In this document: in pieces, positions 51,501 through 61,462 of the stretch | Layout of the letters: each line of letters starts with the position of its first letter | Numbering within the stretch: position 1 is the first letter of the stretch | Source of the DNA: Macrostomum hystrix | Lineage: Eukaryota; Animalia; Platyhelminthes | NCBI GenBank assembly: GCA_950097015.1 | Contig: CATNEN010000002.1 | Coordinates: forward strand, 2,542,001-2,606,000 | Direction of reading: 5' to 3' | DNA length: 64,000 nt | The notes under the pieces: model-generated | What the model was told of the DNA's origin: nothing | The model's input: only the letters and a program-made list of their open reading frames with translations | The model's database searches: none | Translations under genes and position numbers: made by a program

Positions 51501-53361
51501 AGCATTGATAGTTATCTAGGCTCAGCATTGATAGATATCTAGGCTCAGCATTGATAGTTATCTAGGCTCAGCATTGATAGTTATCTAGGCTCAGGATTGA
51601 TAGTTAACTAGGCTCAGCATTGATAGTTATCTAGGCTCAGCATTGATAGTTATCTAGGCTCAGGATTGATAGTTATCTAGGCTCAACATTTTTTTAGATA
51701 TTAAGTCTCAGCATTGATAGTTATCTAGGCTCAACACTTTTATAGATATCTAGGCTCAGCATTGATAGTTATCTAGGCTCAGCGTGATAGTTATCTAGGC
51801 TCAACATTTTTATAGATATCTAGGCTCAGCATTGATAGTTATCTAGGCTCAGCATTGATAGATATCTAGGCTCAGCATTGATAGTTATCTAGGCTCAACA
51901 TTTTTATAGACATCAAGGCTCAGATTGGATTGATATCCAAGCTCTGAATTGATAGATTCCACGGGTCAGAATCGAAAGAAAACTAGGCTCAGCATTGATA
52001 TTTAACTAGGCTCAGCATTGATAGTTATCTAGGCTCAGCATTGATAGTTATCTAGGCTCAGCATTGATAGTTATCTAGGCTAAGCATTGATAGTTATCTA
52101 GGCTCAGGATTGATAGTTAACTAGGCTCAGCATTGATAGTTATCTAGGCTCAGCATTGATAGTTATCTAGGCTCAGGATTGATAGTTAACTAGGCTCAGC
52201 ATTGATAGTTATCTAGGCTCAGCATTGATAGTTATCTAGGCTCAGGATTGATAGTTAACTAGGCTCAGCATTGATAGTTATCTAGGCTCAGCATTGATAG
52301 TTATCCAGGTTCAGCATTAATAGTTATCTAGGCTCAACATTTTTATAGATATCTAAGCACTGCATTGATAGTTATCTAATCTCAGCGTGATAGTTATCTA
52401 GGCTCAGCATTGATAGTTATCTAGGCTCAGCATTGATAGTTATCTAGGCTCAACATTTTTATAGATATTAAGGCTCAGCGTGGTAGTCATCTAGGCTCAA
52501 CATTTTTATAGATAACTAGGCTCAGCATTGATAGATTCCTAGGCTCAGCATTGATAGTTATCTAGGCTCAACATTTTTATAGATGTCAAGGCTCAGCATT
52601 GATAGTTATCCAAGCTCAGAATGGATAGATTCCACGGGTCAGAATCGAAAGAAAACTAGGCTCAGCATTGATTGTTATCTAGGCTCAACATTTTCTAGAT
52701 ATTAAGGCTCAGCGTGATAGTTATCTAGGCTCAACATATTTATTGATAACTAGGCTCAGCATTGATAGTTATCTAGGCTCAGCATTGATAGTTATCTAGG
52801 CTCAGCATTGATAGTTATCTAGGCTCAGCATTGATAGTTATCTAGGCTCAGCATTGATAGATATCTAGGCTCAGCATTGATAGTTATCTAGGCTCAGCAT
52901 TGATAGATATCTAGGCTCAACATTTTTTTAGATATTAAGGCTCAGCGTGATAGTTATCTAGGCTCAAAATATTTATAGATAACTAGGCACAGCATTGTTA
53001 TTTATCTAGGCTCAAAATTGATAGATTCCTAGGCTCAACATTTTGATAGATATCTCGGCTCAGCACTGGTAGATATCTAGGCTCAGAATGGATAGATATC
53101 GTACTTTAGATTTGATAGATATCTAGATAACTTCATTGGTTAAAAATCTATAGAAATTTAAGCTAAGAATCGATAGATATTGAAGCTCAGAATTTTTAGA
53201 AATCTAAGGTCAGAATTGATAGAATTCTAAGCTCAGAATTGATAGAAATCTTGGCTCAGCACGGGTAGATATCTAGGCTCAGTGTTGATAGATATTTAGG
53301 CTCAAAGTCGATAGAAAGTTAAGCTCAGAATCAATAGATATCTTAGTTCAGAGTTGATATC
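30547..53361 (+). repeat. Minisatellite C (23 bp), ~22.8 kb, roughly 990 monomers, with layered higher-order repeats
   Basis: Marker GCTCAGAATTGATAGGTTCCAAGGG at 31511, 31951, 33481, 33921, 35451, 36959, 37399, 40886 and 41326. A different marker, GCTCAGATTGGATTGATATCC, at 39351, 42302, 43163, 44140, 46345, 47759, 48690, 50104, 50941 and 51918. Confidence 0.97.
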
Positions 53362-53412
53362 TTTTGACTTACTAAATACTGTTTTATTATTGTAAAGTTG
53401 CCTTCAAGCTAA

Positions 53413-53441
53413 GGTCCCCAAAGGGGGGCCTAAATTGCTAG
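53413..53441 (+). other. Helitron 3' terminus type gamma
   Basis: GGTCCCC-AAAG-GGGGGCC, then 7 nt, then CTAG. Confidence 0.8.
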
Positions 53442-54800
53442 TCTTCTAATATACTAAAAATGAAAATCTTGCTTGCTTGCTTGTTTGCAATCGACTAGCT
53501 CCCGAACGGCTCAACCGATTTTCGCAATTCCTTCGCCAAAAGATCACAAATGGGCCGGAATCGGTACACGTATTTTTATTAAGCTTAATTTCATTGCCAA
53601 GGGGATTAAATATTCGAAAAACAGTTTTAAATAGGCTTTTCTAATGCATTCTTGTTTACAGCTTGTGCACAGTGAGGCCTCCAGTGCCAATTTTAATGAT
53701 TGCATCAGAGCCAGTTTTGATAACGAACTGATAAGAACTCCAGTGAGGCTACCCAGAGGGTAGCGAAGGCAGCTAGTCTAATATATCTAATATACTAAAA
53801 ATGAAAATCTTGCTTGTATGTTTGCAATCGACTAGCTCCCGAACGGCTCAACCGATTTTCGCAATTCCTTCGCCAAAAGATCACAAATGGGCCGGAATCG
53901 GTACACGTAATTTTATTAAGCTTAATTCCATTGGCAAGGGGATTAAATATTCGAAAAACAGTTTTAAATAGGCTTTTCTAATGCATTCTTGTTTTCAGCT
54001 TGTGCACAGTGAGGCCTCCAGTGCCAATTTTAATGATTGCATCAGAGCCAGTTTTGATAACGCACGCGCGTACTGATAAGAACTCACAGGGAGGCTACCC
54101 AGAGGGTAGCGAAGGCAGCTAGTCTAATATACTAAAAATGAAAATCTTGTTTGTATGTTTGTATGTTTGTATGTTTGCAATCGACTAGCTCCCGAACGGC
54201 TCAACCGATTTTCAAAATTCCTTCGCCAAAAGATCACAAATGGGCCGGAATCGGTACACGTAATTTTATTAAGCTTAATTCCATTGGCAAGGGGATTAAA
54301 TATTCGAAAAACAGTTTTAAATAGGCTTTTCTAATGCATTCTTGTTTTCAGCTTGTGCAGTGAGGCCTCCAGTGCCAAATTTAATGATTGCATCAGAGCC
54401 AGTTTTGATAACGAACTGATAAGAACTCACAGGGAGGCTACCCAGAGGGTAGCGAAGGCAGCTAGTCTAATATACTAAAAATGAAAATCTTGTTTGTATG
54501 TTTGTATGTTTGCAATCGACTAGCTCCCGAACGGCTCAACCGATTTTCGCAATTCCTTCGCTAAAAGATCACAATTGGTCCCGAATCGGTACACGTATTT
54601 TTATTAAGCTTAATTCCATTGCCAAGGGGATTAAATATTCGAAAAACAGTTTTAAATAGGCTTTTCTAATGCATTCTTGTTTTCAGCTTGTGCACAGTGA
54701 GGCTCCAGTGCCAATTTTTATGATTGCATCAGAGCCAGTTTTGATAACGAACTGATAAGAACTCCAGTGAGGCTACCCAGAGGGTAGCGAAGGCAGCTAG
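53442..54800 (+). mobile_element. Four short Helitron-like units (53442-53776, 53777-54122, 54123-54465, 54466-54800)
   Basis: TC start, alpha hairpin + CTAG end. Confidence 0.88.
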
Positions 54801-55403
54801 TCTTCCACTATACTAAAAATGAAATGGTTGGTTGGTTGGTTGGTTGGTTGGTTGGTTGTAATTGATTTTCTCCCGAACGGCTCAACCGATTTTCACCATT
54901 TCTTCACCAAAAGATGCTAAATATGGGGACAATTTTACACGTATTTTTATAAAGCTGAACTTCATTGCTAAGGGATTAAATATTCGAAAAACATGATTTT
55001 TTAAAGGTCAAACCATCTTGGCCTATTGAGAATTTCACTGACAGCCACTGAATTAGAATTGCATCGTCAAATTGCGCAACAACCCCTAGCTGATTGAATT
55101 TGAAGCCTGCACTCTGGAGACAAATTTGAAATAAATGTACACAACCAACCGCAAGACTGAGTGTACTCTATTTTCTTACTTCATTGTACAAAGCCAGAAC
55201 TTTGAGAATTCATTTTATAAGGCTGATTTTTGCACCCACTAACCAACAGTCGGAATAGCCGATGTGTAGGCACTAGGAATAGGTTAGGCTAGGCTAGGGT
55301 TCGATTCTGCACTGGGTCAAATCATTTAGACTAATTTTCAGCCAGTAGTGATTGAAGATTATTTTATATTATTTTTTATATTTCGTAAATAAAATATCAT
55401 AAA

Positions 55404-58029
55404 TCATAGCAAATCTGAGTTTGAATCATGGCTAAACCAGAGTTTGAATCATGGCTAAACCAGCGTCTGAATCATGGCTAAACCAGAGTTTGAATCATGG
55501 CTAAACCAGAGTCTGAATCATGGCTAAACCAGAGTTTAAATCATGGCTAAACCAGAGTCTGAATCATGGCTTAACCAGAGTTTGAATCATGGCTAAACCA
55601 GAGTCTGAATCATGGCTAAACCAGCGTCTGAATCATGGCTAAACCAGAGTTTGAACCATGGCTAAACCAGAGTCTGAATCATGGCTAAACCAGAGTTTAA
55701 ATCATGGCTAAACCAGAGTCTGAATCATGGCTAAACCAGAGTTTCAATCATGGCTAAACCAGCGTCTGAATCATGGCTAAACCAGCGTCTGAATCATGGC
55801 TAAACCAGCGTCTGAATCATGGCTAAACCAGAGTTTGAATCATGGCTAAACCAGAGTCTGAATCATGGCTAAACCAGCGTCTAAATCATGGCTAAACCAG
55901 AGTCTGAATCATGGCTAAACCAGAGTCTGAATCATGGCTAAACCAGAGTTTGAATCATGGCTAAACCAGAGTTTGAAACATGGCTAAACCAGAGCTTGAA
56001 TCATGGCAAAACCAGAGTCTGAATCATGGCTAAACCAGAGTCTGAATCATGGCAAAACGAGAGTTTGAATCATAGCCCACCAGGGTTTAAAACATGGCTA
56101 AACCAGAGTTTGAATCTTGGCTAAACCAGAGTTTGAATCATAGCCAACCAGAGTCTGAATCATGGCAAAACGAGAGTTTGAATCATAGCCCACCAGGGTT
56201 TAAAACATGGCTAAACCAGAGTTTGAATCTTGGCTAAACCAGAGTTTGAATCATAGCCAACCAGAGTCTGAATCATGGCAAAACGAGAGTTTGAATCATA
56301 GCCCACCAGGGTTTAAAACATGGCGAAACCTGAGTTTGAATCATGGCTAAACCAGAGTTTAAATCATGGCTAAACCAGAGTCTGAATCATGGCTTAACCA
56401 GAGTTTAAATCATGGCTAAACCAGAGTTTGAAACATGGCTAAACCAGAGCTTGAAACATGGCAAAACCAGAGTCTGAATCATGGCTAAACCAGAGTTTAA
56501 ATCATGGCTAAACCAGAGTTTGAATCATAGCCAACCAGAGTCTGAATCATGGCAAAACGAGAGTTTGAATCATAGCCCACCAGGGTTTTAAAACATGGCT
56601 AAACCAGAGTTTGAATCTTGGCTAAACCAGAGTTTGAATCATAGCCAACCAGAGTCTGAATCATGGCAAAACGAGAGTTTGAATCATAGCCCACCAGGGT
56701 TTAAAACATGGCGAAACCAGAGTCTGAATCATGGCTTAACCAGAGTTTGAATCATGGCTAAACCAGAGTCTGAATCATGGCTAAACCAGCGTCTGAATCA
56801 TGGCTAAACCAGAGTTTGAACCATGGCTAAACCAGAGTCTGAATCATGGCTAAACCAGAGTTTAAATCATGGCTAAACCAGAGTCTGAATCATGGCTAAA
56901 CCAGAGTTTCAATCATGGCTAAACCAGCGTCTGAATCATGGCTAAACCAGCGTCTGAATCATGGCTAAACCAGAGTTTGAATCATGGCTAAACCAGAGTC
57001 TGAATCATGGCTAAACCAGCGTCTGAATCATGGCTAAACCAGAGTCTGAATCATGGCTAAACCAGAGTCTGAATCATGGCTAAACCAGAGTTTGAATCAT
57101 GGCTAAACCAGAGTTTGAAACATGGCTAAACCAGAGCTTGAATCATGGCAAAACCAGAGTCTGAATCATGGCTAAACCAGAGTCTGAATCATGGCAAAAC
57201 GAGAGTTTGAATCATAGCCCACCAGGGTTTAAAACATGGCTAAACCAGAGTTTGAATCTTGGCTAAACCAGAGTTTGAATCATAGCCAACCAGAGTCTGA
57301 ATCATGGCAAAACGAGAGTTTGAATCATAGCCCACCAGGGTTTAAAACATGGCGAAACCAGAGTCTGAATCATGGCTTAACCAGAGTTTGAATCATGGCT
57401 AAACCAGAGTCTGAATCATGGCTAAACCAGCGTCTGAATCATGGCTAAACCAGAGTTTGAACCATGGCTAAACCAGAGTCTGAATCATGGCTAAACCAGA
57501 GTTTAAATCATGGCTAAACCAGAGTTTGAATCATGGCTAAACCAGAGTTTCAATCATGGCTAAACCAGCGTCTGAATCATGGCTAAACCAGCGTCTGAAT
57601 CATGGCTAAACCAGAGTTTGAATCATGGCTAAACCAGAGTCTGAATCATGGCTAAACCAGCGTCTGAATCATGGCTAAACCAGAGTCTGAATCATGGCTA
57701 AACCAGAGTCTGAATCATGGCTAAACCAGAGTTTGAATCATGGCTAAACCAGAGTTTGAAACATGGCTAAACCAGAGCTTGAATCATGGCAAAACCAGAG
57801 TCTGAATCATGGCTAAACCAGAGTCTGAATCATGGCAAAACGAGAGTTTGAATCATAGCCCACCAGGGTTTAAAACATGGCTAAACCAGAGTTTGAATCT
57901 TGGCTAAACCAGAGTTTGAATCATAGCCAACCAGAGTCTGAATCATGGCAAAACGAGAGTTTGAATCATAGCCCACCAGGGTTTAAAACATGGCGAAACC
58001 TGAGTTTGAATCTTGGCTAACCCAGTGTT
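55404..58029 (+). repeat. Minisatellite A (23 bp) with ~113-bp and 641-bp higher-order repeats
   Basis: Marker ACGAGAGTTTGAATCATAGCCCACCAGGG at 56057, 56170, 56671, 57312, 57953 and others. Confidence 0.95.
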
Positions 58030-58041
58030 TGAAAAATCAAC

Positions 58042-59653
58042 GTCAACTGGGGAGTCATCATCAAAATGGGGATCATGGTGAACTGGGGGATAATCGTCAA
58101 CTGGGGGATCATGGTAAACTGGGGGATAATTGTCAACTGGGGGATCATTGTCAACTGGGGGATCATTGTCAACTGGGGGATCATTGTCAACTGGGGGATC
58201 ATTGTCAACTGGGGTATCATTTTCAACTGGGGGATCATTGTCAACTAGGGGATCATTGTCCACTGGGGAATGATTGTCAACTGGGTAATCATGTCAACTG
58301 GGGGATCATTGTCAACTGGGGGATCATTGTCAAATGTAGGATCATTGTCAACTAGGGGATCATGGCCAACTGGGGATCATTGTGAACTTGGTGATCATTG
58401 TCAACTGGGGGATCATCTTCAACTGGGGGATCATTGTCAACTGGGAGATCATTGTAAACTGGGGGATCATCATCAACTGGGGGATCATTGTCAACTGGGG
58501 GATCATTGTCAACTGTAGGATCATTGTCAACTAGGGGATCATGGCCAACTGGGGAACATTGTGAACTGGGTGATCATTGTCAACTGGGGGATCATCTTCA
58601 ACTGGGGGATCATTGTCAACTGGGAGATCATTGTAAACTGGGGGATCATCATCAACTGGGGGATCATTGTCAACTGTGGGATCATTGTCAACTAGGGGAT
58701 CATGGCCAACTGGGGATCATTGTGAACTGGGTGATCATTGTCAACTGGGGGATCATCTTCAACTGGGTGATCATTGTCAACTGGGGTATCATTGTAAACT
58801 GGGGGATCATTGTCCACTGGGGAATGATTGTCAACTGGGTAATCATTGTCAACTGGGGGATCATTGTCAACTGGGGGATCATTGTCAACTGGGGGATCAT
58901 TGTCAACTGGGGGATCATTGTAAACTGGGGGATCATTTTCAACTGGGAGATCATTGTAAACTGGGGAATCATCATCAACTGGGGGATCATTGTAAACTGG
59001 GGGATCATTGTCAACTGTGGGATCATTGTCAACTAGGGGATCATGGCCAACTGGGGATCATTGTGAACTGGGGGATCATTGTCAACTGGGGGAACATTGT
59101 CAACTGGGGGATCATTGTCAACTGGGAGATAATTGTAAACTGGGGAATCATCATCAACTGGGGGATCATTGTAAACTGGGGGATCATTGTCAACTGTGGG
59201 ATCATTGTCAACTAGGGGATCATGGCCAACTGGGGATCATTGTGAACTGGGGGATCATTGTCAACTGGTGGATCATTGTCAACTGGGAGATCATTGTCAA
59301 CTGGGGGATCATTGTCAACTGGGGGATCATTGTCAACTGGAGGATCATTGTCAACTGGGTGATCATTATCAACTGGGGGATCATTGTCAACTGGGGGATC
59401 ATTGTCAACTGTGGGATCATTGTCAACTGGGGGATCATTGTCAACTGGTGGATCATTGTCAACTGGGAGATCATTGTCAACTGGGGGATCATTGTCAACT
59501 GGGGGATCATTGTCAACTGGGGGATCATTGTCAACTGGGGGATCATTGTCAACTGGGGGATCATTGTCAACTGGGGGATCATTATCAACTGGGGGATCAT
59601 TGTCAACTGGGGGATCATAATCAACTGGGGGATCATTGTCAACTGATCATTGT
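58042..59653 (+). repeat. Minisatellite B (18 bp)
   Basis: Direct inspection. Confidence 0.95.
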
Positions 59654-59747
59654 AGCGCAAAAAAGGCTGACAATACAGCTGCTAAAAAGTATATACTGGA
59701 CGAGTTAAAAATATTTCTGCTCCCCGAAGGGGGGCAAAACTTGCTAG

Positions 59748-61462
59748 TCTAATATACTAAAAATGAAAATCTTGCTTGTATGTTTGTTTGCAATCGACTA
59801 GCTCCCGAACGGCTCAACCGATTTTCAAATTTGTGAGCCAAAAGATCACAAATGGGCCGGAATCGGTACACGTAATTTTATTAAGCTTAATTCCATTGGC
59901 AAGGGGATTAAATATTCGAAAAACTGTTTTAAATAGGCTTTTCTAATGCATTCTTGTTTTCAGCTTGTGCGCAGTGAGGCTCCAGTGCCAATTTTAATGA
60001 TGCATCAGAGCCAGTTTTGATAACGAACTGATAAGAACTCACAGGGAGGCTACCCAGAGGGTAGCGAAGGCAGCTAGTCTAATATACTAAAAATGAAAAT
60101 CTTGTATGTTTGTATGTTTGCAATCGACTAGCTCCCGAACGGCTCAACCGATTTTCGCAATTCCTTCGCCAAAAGATCACAAATGGGCCGGAATCGGTAC
60201 ACGTATTTTTATTAAGCTTAATTTCATTGCCAAGGGGATTAAATATTCGAAAAACTGTTTTAAATAGGCTTTTCTAATGCATTCTTGTTTTCAGCTTGTG
60301 CACAGCTTCAGCTTGCTCCAGTGCCAAATTTAATGATTGCATCAGAGCCTGCAGTTTTGATAACGCACGCGTACTGATAAGAACTCACAGGGAGGCTACC
60401 CAGAGGGTAGCGAAGGCAGCTAGTCTAATATACTAAAAATGAAAATCTTGTTTGTATGTTTGTATGTTTGTATGTTTGCAATCGACTAGCTCCCGAACGG
60501 CTCAACCGATTTTCGCAATTCCTTCGCCAAAAGATCACAAATGGGCCGGAATCGGTACACGTATTTTTATTAAGCTTAATTCCATTGCCAAGGGGATTAA
60601 ATATTCGAAAAACAGTTTTAAATAGGCTTTTCTAATGCATTCTTGTTTTCAGCTTGTGCACAGTGAGGCTCCAGTGCCAATTTTTATGATTGCATCAGAG
60701 CCAGTTTTGATAACGAACTGATAAGAACTCCAGTGAGGCTACCCAGAGGGTAGCGAAGGCAGCTAGTCTAATATACTAAAAATGAAAATCTTGTTTGTAT
60801 GTTTGTATGTTTGTATGTTTGCAATCGACTAGCTCCCGAACGGCTCAACCGATTTTCGCAATTCCTTCGCCAAAAGATCACAAATGGGCCGGAATCGGTA
60901 CACGTATTTTTATTAAGCTTAATTCCATTGCCAAGGGGATTAAATATTCGAAAAACAGTTTTAAATAGGCTTTTCTAATGCATTCTTGTTTTCAGCTTGT
61001 GCACAGTGAGGCTCCAGTGCCAATTTTTATGATTGCATCAGAGCCAGTTTTGATAACGAACTGATAAGAACTCCAGTGAGGCTACCCAGAGGGTAGCGAA
61101 GGCAGCTAGTCTAATATACTAAAAATGAAAATCTTGCTTGCTTGCTTGCTTGCTTGTATGTTTGCAATCGACTAGCTCCCGAACGGCTCAACCGATTTTC
61201 GCAATTCCTTCGCTAAAAGATCACAATTGGTCCCGAATCGGTACACGTATTTTTATTAAGCTTAATTCCATTGCCAAGGGGATTAAATATTCGAAAAACT
61301 GTTTTAAATAGGCTTTTCTAATGCATTCTTGTTTTCAGCTTGTGCACAGTGAGGCCTCCAGTGCCAAATTTAATGATTGCATCAGAGCCAGTTTTGATAA
61401 CGCACGCGCGTACTGATAAGAACTCACAGGGAGGCTACCCAGAGGGTAGCGAAGGCAGCTAG
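59748..61462 (+). mobile_element. Five short Helitron-like units (59748-60077, 60078-60423, 60424-60766, 60767-61109, 61110-61462)
   Basis: TC start, alpha hairpin + CTAG end. Confidence 0.88.

Larger units (their letters stand above)
29926..53441 (+). mobile_element. Giant (23.5 kb) Helitron-like unit: 5' type a, ~350-bp unique segment, satellite C cargo, 3' hairpin gamma
   Basis: Continuous from TCTAATATAC at 29926 to GGTCCCCAAAGGGGGGCCTAAATTGCTAG at 53441. I saw no internal hairpin-CTAG|T end. Confidence 0.8.
54801..59747 (+). mobile_element. Long Helitron-like unit (5' type b, satellite A + satellite B, 3' beta)
   Basis: Starts TCTTCCACTATAC with (TTGG)n and ends with beta hairpin + CTAG. 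Confidence 0.85.

Noticed and set aside
54826-54860. (TTGG)n tract as a telomere-like repeat
   Set aside because: It is the variable microsatellite of the type-b 5' end, present at the same position in the other b units.
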